Positions 1 to 12,133 are shown, counted from the first letter of the stretch. The stretch is 64,000 nucleotides of DNA from Hemiscyllium ocellatum (GCF_020745735.1 NC_083435.1:42842498-42906497), one strand, 5' to 3'. Notes: generated by a model not told the origin, from the sequence alone. Program-made: numbers and translations.

Positions 1-1392
1 CTGGCTTGTCCTATGATGGTAGTGTTTTCCCAGTCAAATTCATGTTCCTGGTTGTCTGAGTGTGTGGCTACTAGGGATAGCTGGTCGTGTCGTTTTGTGG
101 CTAGCTGATGTTCATGTATGCGGATTGTTAGCTGTCTTCCTGTTTTTCCTATATAGTGTTTTGTGCAGTCCTTGCATGGTATTTTGTAAACTACATTAGT
201 TTTGCTCGTGTTGGGTATCGGGTCCTTTGTTCTAGTAAGTTGTTGTCTGAGCGTGGCTGTTGGTTTGTGTGCCGTTATGAGTCCTAAGGGTCGCAGTAGT
301 CTGGCTGTCAGTTCTGAAACGCTCCTGATGTATGGTAGTGTGGCTAGTCCTTTTGTTTGTAGCATGTCCTCGTTCCGTGGTCTATCTCTTAGGCATCTGT
401 TGATAAAGTTGCGCGGGTATCCGTTTTTGGCGAATACCTCGTATAGGTGTTCCTCTTCCTCTTTTCGCAGTTCTGGTGTACAGCAGTGTGTTGTGGCTCT
501 TTTGAATAGTGTCCTGATGCAGCTTCGTTTGTGTGTGATGGGATGGTTACTTTCATAGTTTAGGACTTGGTCTGTGTGTGTTGTTTTCCTGTGTACCCTT
601 GTGGTGAATTCTCCGTTCGGTGTTCTCTGTACTAACACGCCTAGGAATGGGAGTTGGCTATCCTTTTCTTCTTCTCTCGTGAATCGTATTCCTGTGAGTG
701 TGGCGTTGATGATCCGGTGTGTTTTTTCTATTTCTGTGTTTGTGATGATTACAAAAGTGTCATCGACATATCTGACCCAGAGTTTGTGTTGAATTTGTGG
801 TAGGGCTGTTTGTTCTAACCTTTACATAACTGCCTCTGCTATGAGTCCCGAGATTGGTGATCCGGTGTTCCATTGATTTGTTCGTATATCTGATTGTTGA
901 ATGTAAAGTGCGTAGTGAGGCTCAAGTCCAGTTGTTTAAGTATGCCATCTTTGTTGATAGGTTCGGCCTCCTGTTTTCTGTTCTGTATGTCCAGTAGGTT
1001 GGCTATTCTTTCTCTGGCTAGGGTTTTGTCAATAGAAGTGAACAGTGCCGTCACATCGAATGAGATCATGGTTTCTTCTTTGTCTATGTGTTTTCCTGAT
1101 GACGTCCAAGAATTCCTGTGTTGATTGTATGGAGTGTTTGGATTCGCTGACCAGGTGTTTCAGTTTTTGTTGTAGTTCTTTGGCCAGTTTGTATGCTGGT
1201 GTCCCTGGTAGTGATACTATGGGTCTGAGTGGGATGTCTGGTTTGTTTACTTTGGATAGTCCATGGAATCTGGGGGTGTTGTTGCTTTCCGGTTTCATTC
1301 TTTGTAGGTCAGCTTTGGTTATCTGTCCTTTTTTTTGTAGATTCCTTAGTGTGTTATTTATTCTATTGGTAAGTTGTGGTGTGGGGTCAGAA
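1..1392 (-). mobile_element. Penelope-like retroelement fragment (RT + GIY-YIG endonuclease), 5'-truncated, runs off window start
   Basis: Minus-strand ORFs 1029..1400 (PRFHGLSKVNKPDIPLRPIVS) and 839..1069 (SFDVTALFT) are PLE RT motifs; bases 1-200 read in reverse as VVYKIPCKDC..HYIGKTGR..RIHEH (GIY-YIG). Frameshifted. Confidence 0.9.
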
Positions 1393-1399
1393 TCCTTCA

Positions 1400-1505
1400 T
1401 TGTTTCTATGGCGCGTTACTCATATCTCTGCTTAAACTACTGAAGTGATTTTCTCCGTGGAGAATTCTCTTTGGTATACATAAGGCATCCTCGAATTAGA
1501 TTGCT
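1400..1505 (+). promoter_or_regulatory. Promoter remnant of GPCR copy 1 (mutated TATA, TATACATA at 1475-1482), separated from its exon 1 by a PLE insertion
   Basis: Aligns by eye to 34715-34805 and 12670-12760, which lie immediately upstream of exon 1 in the other copies (gttac..atatctctg...ctc.gtgga.aat....ggtata.ataa.gcatcctcg). Confidence 0.7.
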
Positions 1506-1544
1506 TAGGGTATAGGTTTGCTCGCTGAGCTGTAGGTTTGATAT

Positions 1545-1584
1545 CCAGACGTTTCATGACCTGGCTCGGTAACATCATCAGTGG
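1545..1584 (-). ncRNA. Minimal type I hammerhead ribozyme motif in PLE pLTR
   Basis: Reverse complement reads CCA-CTGATGA-TGTTACC-GAGCCA-GGTCAT-GAAAC-GTC-TGG: conserved core boxes, stem II, short stem I CCA/TGG. Confidence 0.7.
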
Positions 1585-3082
1585 CGACCTCCAAGTGATG
1601 CAGAGCTGTTGTCGCCTGCTTTCTGTTTATAAGTTTGTCCTGGACGGAGTTCCTGGGGTTTGTGGTGATGTCATTTCCTTTTCGTTTTCCGAGGGGTTGA
1701 GAGATGGTCTGTAGATCGATGTGTTTGTTTATGACGTTGTGGTTGGAGTGCCAGGCCTCCAGGAATTATCTGGCATGTCTTTGCTGAGCCTATCCCAGGA
1801 TAGATAGGAGTGTTCCAGTCGGAATTTTGGCCTTTTTTCCTCTGTGTGTAGGGTTATGATAGACAGACGGTCGTGTCTTTTTGTGGCGAGCTGGTGTTCG
1901 TGTATCCTGGTGGCTAACCTTCTTCCTGTTTGTCCTACGTAGTGTTTGTGGCAGTCCTTGCATGGTATTTTGTAGATGACGTTGGTTTTGTCCATGGGTT
2001 GTATGGGTCTTCGAAGTTTGTGAGTTTTTGTTTAAGAGTATTGGTGGGTTTGTGTGCTACTCGGATTCCGAAGGGTCTTGGTAGTCTGGCTGTTATTTCT
2101 GAAACTTCTTTGATGTATGGTAAGGTGGTTAGGGTTTCTGGCTGTGTTTGGTCTGCTTGTCGTGGTTTGTTCTTGAGGAATCTGCGGACTGTATTTGTTG
2201 TTTGTCCATTCTTCCTGAATACGTTGTATAAGTGGTTCTCCTCTGTTTTCCGAAGTTAGTCTGTGCTGCAGTGTGTGGCGGCTCGTTTGAATAATGTTCT
2301 TATACAGCTTCGTTTGTGTGTGTTTGGATGGTTACTGGTGTAGTTATGTATTTGGTCAGTGTTTGTTGGTTTTCTGAATACGCAGGTGTGTGGTTCTCCA
2401 TTGTCCTTTCTTTCAACTGTGATATTCAGGAATGCGAGTTTGTTGTCGGTTTCTTCCTCCTTGGTGAAATTTATGCCTGTGAGGGTATGGTTGATGATGT
2501 GACGTGTCTCTTCTATCTTGTTTCGTTTTGTGATGACAAAGGTGTCATTTACGTAGTAGACCCAAATTTTTGGTTTGATGGTTGGGAGGGCTGCTTGTTC
2601 TAGTCTTTGCATTACAACTTCTGCGATGAATCCTGATAGCACAGATCGCATGTGTGTGCCATTGCTTTGTGTGTAGATTATGTTGTTGAAGGTGAAGTGG
2701 GTGGTGAGGCACAGCTCCACTGGCTTCATGGTGTTTTCGTTGGAAATGTGATTGATGGTGGTTGGTGTGTGTGTGATGGTCTCTTCTAAAATTGTGGTAA
2801 GTGTTTCCTTTGCCAGATCGATGTTGATGAAGGTGATCATTGCTATTACGTCAAATGGGATCACTGTTTCTTCTTCCTCTATTTTCGTGTTTTTGATGAT
2901 TTTTATGAGTTCCTCGTGGAGTGGATGGAGTGCTGTGACTCTTCTACTAGGTATTTCAGTCTTGCGTGTCGTTCTTTGGTCAGTCTGGAATTTGGTGTTC
3001 CAGGTAGTGAGACCATGGGTCTGAGGGGGGCTCCTGGTTTATGGATTTTTGGCAGTCCGTAGAATCGACGGGTGTTGGTCTG

Positions 3083-3169
3083 ATGAAGGGCTTATGCTCG
3101 AAACGTCGAATTCTCTATTCCTGAGATGCTGCCTGGCCTGCTGTGCTTTGACCAGCAACACATTTGCAG
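3083..3169 (+). mobile_element. Short hammerhead-bearing non-autonomous PLE-derived insert within the PLE, 13-bp TSD
   Basis: GGGTGTTGGTCTG at 3070-3082 and 3170-3182. CTGATGA-AGGGC-TTAT-GCTC-GAAACGTC at 3080-3107. Same family as 35564-35695 and 52369-52585. Confidence 0.8.
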
Positions 3170-4260
3170 GGGTGTTGGTCTGGTCTGGTTTCGTTTTCTG
3201 GAATTTCGTCTTGTTTAATTGCCCGGAAATGTGGAATTTTCTTAGGAGATATGTAATTTCGTTTCCTCGTTGTGAGGTCGGACCTAGCGCCACCTGTTGG
3301 TAGGTATTGGTGGCTTGAAAGTGTGCATTGACTTCCTCTATGTCGTTCCTTCTGTTCATGATGACTGTGACCCGACCTTTGTCTGCAGGTAATATAACGA
3401 TGTTTTTGTCTTTTTTGAGATTTTCTAAGGCTTTCTTTTCTTGTGTGTTCAGTCTGTTTCCTTCCCTTTTTCGGCTCAGAGTAGGTGCAACTGTCTGTCT
3501 GATCGCTTGTTGTGTTTCTTCCGTGTGTTTGTTGTCCTTCTATGTGTTTTCTAATGCTGCTAGGAAATCCTTCTTGTCAGCGTCTCGGTAAGTGAAATTT
3601 AGTCCGTTTACTAGTACCGCTTCCTCTGTGTCTCATCGGGTTCAGTTTGATAAGTTATTTATCCATGTCCCTGTGTTATCGATTTTGTCTTTGTTTCTGA
3701 GTTTGTCAAGTTTTTTTTTCAGGTCCCGATTTTTCTTTGTCTGTTTTTGTCGTTGTTTGGTGTTTATGGCTCGTTCTACCGCATCTGTCCATTCTTGATT
3801 TGTTGCTTGTTTGAACAACGGTTTTTGGCGCGCAATTTCCCGGCTGTATTTTTGGAGTCTGTGGTGGGCGTCATTGATTAGTTCTCGGAGCATTCTGCTG
3901 CCGTTTCGTTATGTTAAACTTCTGGCTTGAGATGTTATTATCGACGGTTTGTATTGGAGACATTTTGGCAGTACCTGCTTTCTCAAACATTCATGCAGGA
4001 AGTACAATTGTTCGCGGGTGGAACTCTCTCAGATGGCATTCCTATCCTGGGACAGGCTAAGCAAAGGCTTGCCAGAGAATTCCTAGAGGCCTGGCACTCC
4101 AACAATAACGCCAAAAACAAACTCATAGATCTCGATACTATATATCAACCCCTCAGGAAACGAACAGGAAATGACATCACCACAAACCCCAGGAACCCCA
4201 TCCAGGACAAAGATATAAACAGAAAGCAGGAGACAACCCCTTCGCTTCACTTGGAGGTCG

Positions 4261-4299
4261 CCACTGATGACATTACCTCGCCAGGTAAGAAACGTTTGG
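4261..4299 (+). ncRNA. Minimal hammerhead ribozyme motif in the inverted pLTR copy (slightly degenerate)
   Basis: CCA-CTGATGA-CATTACC-TCGCCA-GGTAA-GAAAC-GTT-TGG. Confidence 0.6.
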
Positions 4300-4427
4300 A
4301 TATCAAACCTACAGCTCAGCGAGCAAACCTACACCGTAAACTTCAAGCTGAGCTAGACCCCTTCGTAAACCTTGCAAAGATGTAGATTGCTCTTTATGTC
4401 GTTAGCGTCCTGTGTGGAACATAAACA

Positions 4428-4498
4428 ATGGGATATCCGATAATTTACCAAAATAGATCGTATTTATTACTCGATCCTTGCTGCCGTCAGTATTCCTG
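4428..4498 (+). pseudogene. GPR139-like GPCR copy 1, orphan exon 1 with +1 frameshift
   Basis: ATG GGA TAT CCG ATA ATT TAC CAA... to ATTCCTG|GTAAG; 71 nt versus 70 nt in copies 2 and 3 (extra A in caaaata). No matching exon 2 seen before the next copy. Confidence 0.85.
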
Positions 4499-5463
4499 GT
4501 AAGGCAGCGAAAAATACATATTGAATGTGTATTTGGGAGTGTTATGTCATATTACTTGTTTGACAAGGGTGAGTCAAGTGGAATGTTTTCTTCATCAGCA
4601 TTTTAATGAAGAAAACATAATTTCACCGAATGTTGAAGCAAATTGATGTAGTTCCAGCCTCAGACTCAGAGGTAAAACAAATATCAAATCATGAATTGAT
4701 AAGAAATATTCAGTCTCCTGTCGCTCATTTGTTATATGGGCAATTAAAAACAGTAACAAAACTTTTTAACCTTATTCTATGCTTATATCTTGCGTCCCTG
4801 CACAATATTCTCTTATTTACACGATCCTAATTCAAGCTTATGCGCTTCTTGCATTATGTAGAAAGAGAGTTCATTAATATATGCTCTGCAGATATGATTC
4901 AACTATGGGGTAAAGGAAGAGGAGCAAAATTCACAGAAGGGAAGAAAATTTAAGGCTACCTAGTAGTTAGCTCTGACGCTTGTGCCTTAATCAATGCATA
5001 AATTGAGAAATGGATAGAGAAAGAGAGAGAGAGGTGGACTCCATCTCCCTATATCGACCAGATACATATCTCCCCAACAAAATCTTTCTTAGCACGTTTC
5101 TAACTATGTCTGCTGATCTGTGTTTCTACATCTTTCGTTCTCTGACATTATTTGTCTTTTCCAGTCTGCTATCTACCCAAATATCTCTTCTTGTAATTTT
5201 CTAATGTTTTCTGTTTATATGATCTCCGTAGGCCTATTTTGTTTCCTTCATCCCCAGTCTCTCTTTTTTGTATCTATCTATTGGTATTTTCTTTTTCTCT
5301 TTCAGCTGTCTTCTAGCCATTATTCTTATTATTTCCCTGCATCTCTTTATTCCATCCTGTCCATCTTTCTCTCTTCCCTTTCTTTTAACCTCTCATATTC
5401 TTTACTGTCTTTGGTCTTGCAAAATATAATTTCTGTACCTCTCTCTCTCTGTTCCCCTACCCC

Positions 5464-5493
5464 CTCTCTCTCTCACACACACACACACACACA
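5464..5493 (+). repeat. (CT)n(CA)n microsatellite
   Basis: ctctctctctcacacacacacacacacaca; paralogous (CT)n tract at about 63004-63026. Confidence 0.85.
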
Positions 5494-6729
5494 ATGCAAC
5501 TGTTGTATCAATTTGGAATCGTAGTCCCCTGATCTCTTTGTATCAAATGGTTTGAAAACATGGGGCAAATGGCGATAGTGACACACAACAAAGAGATAGA
5601 GACTGGAAATGATAGATAGACAAAGATCGAGCAATTAAAGTGCATGGAAAAGGAAGTTAGTGACAGAGATTCAACGACATTAATGCTGTGACAGAGGAGT
5701 AATTGAAGCAAAATGCTGAAGGAGAAGGAGGCAACAGTTGACAGAAGGACTTTAAAAAAGGTGAGTGATTGTTTCATTTCGGTTCCAATGTCTCTCACTT
5801 GTAATATTAGCTGGCCATATGCACAAATCTGGAAATATCCTTCCTGACATCTGTTGTGATGGTCAGCTGAATCCAATAACTGGCCAATTGCTCAATGTCT
5901 ACAATGATATCCTCATTACTTTTGGACAATCCTAAAAGCACGCAACGCGTGTATAGTATGACCATATGCAGCTGTCTGATCCTCAGATTTTATGTTTGTA
6001 GAGTCGGCTTGCATAACTATTCGTGAGACCCTCAGACTGTGGCCACCTCATGCTTGGAGGCAGGTGGAAAATATTGCATTCCAAATTTGATACTGCTCTC
6101 TGAGCAGTTAGTAGTCAGAAACGTCAAGGGAGGTTATAAATAGAGCCAGGTGTTGTTAACTAGATCAGATCTTACGTGTGCCTTGGAGACTCGGAAGGAT
6201 CCTCCGTCACATTAATAACATGGTACACTAAGGAAACCCACAAGTAGTATTTGTCTGGTGTAGATCCAGATTGCTGGAAGTCCAAGAACCCCAGGAGCAT
6301 TACCATATCTTAGTGAAGCAAGATATCTGCACACAAGCTGACAGTGTGATCATGAACAGGTGTAAGAGCATGATGTCCAGAATCCAGGGGACATGATCCC
6401 ATGAAAGTAGGGTGAAACATCAGTAGTAAGAGGTCAATGAGGCATTTTCTGTCAGAATAGCTTTTAAAAGAATCGTAAAGCAATCACATATATCAGTGCT
6501 CACACTTCCACCTCTCTTGAAGAATAACGATACAGTTTTACTTGTCATTACTTTCAGCGCCATTTATCTTTGCTTTCAAAATCCTCCACTCAATAATCTG
6601 CCGTTTGTCCTCTAGCAGCATGCCCCTACCAAACATATCTTCTCCCGTTCAATGTCTGCAATCTGCGAATACAGACCCCTCTGCTATGCTCCTTCATGGT
6701 CCAATTCATTAACACTCCTAATATTTCCT

Positions 6730-7900
6730 GAAGCCAGGGAATCACTTAGTAGTTAGGGTATAGAAGGCTATTGTGCCTGTTGTATGAACTGGCTCTTTAA
6801 TAGTGCAGCATTACGAAGTGCTGATCTCTGGTTACTTCAGCCAAAACTCCATACTTTTTCCATGCAAATTATCATCCAATAGCTCATTAAATGGCCGAAT
6901 TGAATGTGCCTCGCCCAGATTTCCAGGCAGTGCATTCACCGTTGAGTGAAAGCAATTTTCTTAGCTTGACATTTTCCTTGCTTGCAATTCTCAAGGGTAA
7001 CAATGGCAACTCCTTCAATCTATCCATCTAACTGATACATTTCATTCTTGGAACAATTCCTGTAACTCTGTTTTGCACTCTTACCCAAACCAAGCTGAGG
7101 TCAAACACGTGTTCTGTAAAAGTTGAACATCACCTCCATGATTTTGTGGTATATCACCCGTTAATAAAGCCAAAGTAGCTTTTTGCTCCCTTTCATGCCA
7201 CTTTCAATTTCCTTTCTCTCCACCCACATCATTCACACACAGTCACCATGCCCCATCACTCCTGTACATTCCTGAGAAGTATGCCCCTCAATTTATATTT
7301 TTTGCTTTCGTGAAGTTTAAACATCCCACCCCCCCCCCCCCCCCCACACACATTAAGATTTGAATCACAATGTTTATCAGAACAATTCGGAGGGCAGCAA
7401 TACCCCCAGTGAACCCTTGTACATACCTTTGTCTAGCTCGACCAATTTTAGATCAATCCTACTTCTGATCCTTTCATTCCATGTGGTGTATCACTCCTCA
7501 AAAGTCTGTTGTGTCATTGTATCAAATGCCTTCTGGAAATCCATATTCGCAGTCATCTGTTAACCTTCCGAAAAAAAAATCCAGCATATCAGTTAAAAAT
7601 CCACACTACCCATTCCTAAAAAAGCCACAATTTTCGATATAATTGTCAATTCTGTCCCCAATAATTATCTCTACAAACTTTTTCAACGCCGAAATTAAAC
7701 AGACACGCCCATAGTTACTGGTCTTATCCTGATTAACATTTCTGAACGAGAGCAGCGTTTGCATTTGTCCAGCATTTTGATACCTCTCCTGAGTTGAGAG
7801 AAGACTGAAAGTTTGCTAACAGTTCCTCCACAATTCATCCACACCCTGAATTACTGTTACGTCCTGAGATTAATCTCACCTGGCTCCATTGCCTCGTCAA
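6730..7900 (-). mobile_element. Highly decayed CR1-type LINE remnant
   Basis: Resembles the reverse complement of the CR1 3' half (atcaaatgccttctggaaatccata; similar to 50270-51520). Confidence 0.5.
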
Positions 7901-9365
7901 CCTCCTGTGACGCCCCTGCTAACATTCCAAAATCTACATTTGCTTGAGCACGATGCTTCTCTAGAACCGATCGTGTACTTTGCACAAGAATACACTTTTA
8001 ACAGGGAAGAGGGAATGTGGTTTAGAACGAAACATATCCCAGCCAAATTCCCCTCCGCACTCAGATGCAAAAAACATCAACTTCCTCAAAAGGGGGTAAA
8101 ACTCACGAAGGGATGGGGAGTCGGGCGATGTTTGAGATACAGGAGTCTTATCCTCTGATTTACTATTCAATCATACTGATTGGATATAATATGAACACAA
8201 CGCTGTAATTGGGAGAAATATCCATTGGAGCAGAGAGTTCCAGAGCTGTCAGCGTTCACAGCAATGTTCAGGCATTCCTTCCAGTCTCAGTGACAGATGT
8301 TACGAACAAATGAGGCAGTGCACCGTAGATCAAGATCAAGATTCACTATTCCAGGAATGGTATCACATTTCAAAGTTTTCTTTTAATGATATGTACGGCA
8401 ACCCAACTTCCCTAACTTTCAAAATAAGCCTCATAGGAAACATATGCCAGATTTCTGGACTGATCAAGAATAATGATCTACTTCAAGTGATTAGCCTATT
8501 ACCGATAAACAGATATAGACAGGTAGCATGCAATACTACTGACTTAAACTATGCCAGTTTCTCCAAATCATGATTTAAATTATAGTCGTCTTGTAAACTC
8601 CACTTCAAAAACAGAAACAAGTATGAGAAAAAGATTGTTGGTGGAAGTGGAGGAAAGTCCAGCTGAGTGGTCTTTGACTCCCTGTTCGAACTTTGAGATG
8701 CTCTTTCTTCGGCACAACAGAATTCTTGCTGTTCAGGCCTCATTCTCTGATGCTTTATTCGTTTTTTTTTACGAAACACAGAGAGGCTCGGTGTATCTGC
8801 TTTATCAATTCAAAACTCACAGCTTACAGTAACGACTGCAGAAAAAGTTACTTCACTTAGACACGGGGTTTTGACTGCAGAGAAGACACAGCTTCTGGCA
8901 TGGGAGAGGATGTGCACACCTTTCTTCTCAGCTACCCCCAATGCCTCCGTACCATTTTCCCAACTCCTTGTTCAGTCACCCAATAAGCAATCACAGTGTT
9001 ATTGGCAACGAAAAGATCTCTGTCACACAAAACTCTCACTTGCTAGTCCACGGATCAACAAATTCCTCGCTGGCAACAAGCATGGCTTCAGGATGTGTCC
9101 TTGACTCCACATCATCTGCAATTTAAACAATCTATGGGATATGTTTCGTTCTAAACCACATTCCCTCTTCCCTGTTAAAAGTGTATTCTTGTGCAAAGTA
9201 CACGATCGGTTCTAGAGAAGCATCGTGCTCAAGCAAATGTAGATTTTGGAATGTTAGCAGGGGCGTCACAGGAGGTTGACGATGCAATGGAGCCAGGTGA
9301 GATTAATCTCAGGACGTAACAGTAATTCAGGGTGTGGATGAATTGTGGAGGAACTGTTAGCAAAC
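7811..9365. repeat. 231-bp near-perfect inverted repeat (arms 7811-8041 and 9135-9365)
   Basis: Arms are reverse complements with one mismatch found by eye; 1093-bp spacer. Confidence 0.95.
8298..9027. mobile_element. Possible solo LTR
   Basis: Begins TGTTAC and ends GTCACA; non-coding; flanks caga/caaa are an imperfect TSD. Confidence 0.35.
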
Positions 9366-11349
9366 AATCACTGTTTGTTTGATCTGTTCTTGACATTGCC
9401 TATCACGAGGTTATTTGCTTTCAAAGCTGCAGCCAATCATTCAATTTGGTTCGACAGCACTTCTACCTCATTTCAGTCATCAGTTTGTAAAATTAGGTAA
9501 AGTCAGTGAACCACCCACTCTATGTGCTTACAACATTCAGCACCAACTTCAGTTCACAGGTTTTTCAAGGCATGTGTTCGCCAATCATTTGGAGTAACAA
9601 CACTGATCCTGCACGAATTGCACAGGAACCACAGAGACTGGGAAAACAAGTCAGCTCCACTATATTTATTACAGTGAGGAGAAAGTCATTACAACAATAG
9701 AAAATAAGACCTCTCCTACCCTGGAACTGTGACATGGGCACAAACGGCAGAATTGCATAATAGCAAATAGGAAATCAATTCCATCAAGTCTAACATGGCT
9801 CATACATTTTTCTGGAGTGATAGCATTCAAACTTTTCATCGAATTTCTCACTTGCTTATGCTTTGGATTGAAAATTTTGAAATGAGCTGACGGTATCTGT
9901 GAAGAGGGAAAAACAGGGAAATAATGAGAGGAAACATGAATGTTGATGACCGTAAGTAAAAACGGATCTGAAATGTGGATTTTGCCACTTTCACCACAGA
10001 AAACGCCAAACCAGCTGATCACTGAAGGGCTTCCTGTTTACATCTCAGAAATGTTATGATGATCTTTGAGATTAGATGACCTGAAGACACAAAGGAAAAA
10101 TAATAGCTAATTCATTCACTTTGAGACCTCACTCAATAACGAAATAGAGAGAGAGACACAAATACGTTTTATTTTAAGTTTAAAACAAAAATCTGAACAC
10201 ATGGTTTATTGCCACTGAGATTGCTCAGTACATTAACACCAGGGATGGTCATGGTGCCTGTTCAGGACACCAGCAACAGGGAAATTGTTAATGAAAATAT
10301 TCGTCACATTAACATGTGACGAAACTCCTTCTGTTTGCAATTTTGTATGAAGAAAGAACAATTTTAGGAATAGGAATTCCAATTGGAGCATTTGCATTGA
10401 ATCTCCTCACAATATTAACCCTATGACATAATTTAGGTAATTTGCCCTTGTTTATGTGATGTCAATTTTGGCCAGTTTTTTTAAAATTAAAGCCAGAAAA
10501 ATACAATTGCTGAAGTATATTCTCTAATTAGTTTAAATGTTCTTCGCCTGTATCACTGTATTTTAATGAATTTGGCTATGTAAATGACAGAAATTCAGGT
10601 ATAGCTATTCATATTTGGTTTTAATATCGATGCGTTGATTTAAACCCAACTGCCCTGACCTCGCATTAATATAATATATTTTGTGTGATAAAGGTGGATA
10701 AAGCTTTCGAATTTGATGTCAATTGCGTTTGCCAGCACCTCTTCAGTAGACCAATCTTAGAAAGACACAAGGCATTGCCACCCTGGTGTAAGCAATTTTA
10801 CAATTACTGACAAACTGGTTACGAATCTGTTTCTACATTTACTTTTCAGTGGAGTATGAAGAATCTATGTGATACATCCAGCTGTGCAATAAACGCAACC
10901 AGATAACTCCAATTGCTTTATTGTGGTTCTGTCAGGTATTTTCCCAGTATCTTATGTAAAATAACTTCTTATTTGATTTTGTTTGTTTTGGACTGGGGAC
11001 TAAAAATAAAGACACTGCTTTAAACTAGGTACACTGCCAAAGCAGATGACGATAGTTTTCAAATATTTGTTTCGTGGAAGACATTTTCAATTGTATTCAG
11101 TTTTATACATTACCAGGAACAGTGACAGCAAAAGCAGATGCCTTAAAGCCGGTCGATTCAAAATGAAGGATTGTGTATTTGCCAACAAGACTTCTATTGG
11201 CTTCTGACAAGGTGACCGTTGATGTATGGGGCCAACATAATAGAAAAATACCTAGCCTGCAAACAGTAACCATAAATAATCGGTGTGTATGTACCTCTCC
11301 TTCTTGCATGGAGATACCGGCAAGTCTCCAGAAAGAGGCTGGTGCAACT

Positions 11350-11605
11350 GGCACAGTGGCTAGCACTGCTGCCTCAAAGCACGAGAAACTAAGATTTGAT
11401 TCCCTGCTTGGGTGACTGTGTGAAATATGCATGTCCTCCCCGTGAATTAGGAACAAATGTGCAGGTGAGTTTAATCAGCCATGTTAAATTGCACCTGTCC
11501 AGGAATGTGCAAGGTCGGTGGATGAGCAATGCCAAATGCAGGGTGACAGTTCCAGTTCCGCTTGGGATGCTCTTGTAAGACTCGATGATCCTCTATCTGT
11601 AATGC
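11350..11605 (+). mobile_element. HE1-type SINE, degraded with internal deletion
   Basis: ggcacagtggctagcactgctgcctca head and ggtggatgagcaatgccaaatgcaggg body match the other SINE copies in the window; absent from the paralogous region near 33890. Confidence 0.8.
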
Positions 11606-12133
11606 AGGGATTAGGTGAAGAGAGAATGATCTTTTAGTCACCTTCCTCTGCAAGCCCGCTTTTGAAGGAAGAATGAAATAACTTCAAAGACAGTGAAAAG
11701 TTGAATGCTGTACGAAAGAATGAAAGAGAGCATTAATGTGAAAACATTCTTGTGTCAATTAAAATGCAGCGTTCGCGTTTCTCAGCCGAGTGCGCGTCCA
11801 TGTGTTTGTCTTTTCATTCTTCTTTTTCTTCCTCTCTCTCTTTTGTAAACATTTTAAACTGTTTTGTAAAGAAAACTTACGTTGGAGCTGTTGAGGGCTG
11901 GAGCGAAGTAGTTGTACCTAATCTGGCACCTTGAGGGACGACATTGTAAATTTCTCATTGTATTTCTGTACTTGTGTAATTGTATACATATGATAATGAA
12001 CCTGATTCCAGTTCTTCTAAGTCTAATTAGAAAGAACCATTTAAAACATTGAAAAAATTAAATTAGCAACTTCCACGTTGTTTCTAATTTCCCTGATTCA
12101 TTCCCTTCGTTTTCTTCTTTTGGTTTCCTCCAG

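Larger units (their letters stand above)
1506..4382 (-). mobile_element. Penelope-like retroelement, decayed, with an inverted terminal pLTR segment and 9-bp target-site duplication
   Basis: GIY-YIG ORF 1729..1995 (VIYKIPCKDCHKHYVGQTGR), RT ORF 2256..2864, N-terminal ORF 3642..3893. About 4043-4340 is the reverse complement of about 1507-1802. TAGATTGCT flanks both ends (1497-1505, 4383-4391). Confidence 0.9.

Noticed and set aside
202-3798. Numerous + strand ORFs (e.g. 202..558, 1045..1443, 1930..2259)
   Set aside because: Antisense shadows of A-rich Penelope coding sequence; no independent protein features.
3927-4385. 152-aa ORF as a host gene
   Set aside because: Chimera across the PLE inversion junction; includes the GIY-YIG tail (AREFLEAWHS) and pLTR.
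5120-5524. Hydrophobic 134-aa ORF resembling a membrane protein (likewise 62756..63085)
   Set aside because: Product of a pyrimidine-rich low-complexity tract; frame not conserved between the two paralogous tracts.
7811-9365. DNA transposon with 231-bp TIRs
   Set aside because: No TSD outside the arms, no transposase relic, and the left arm is continuous with flanking decayed LINE sequence.
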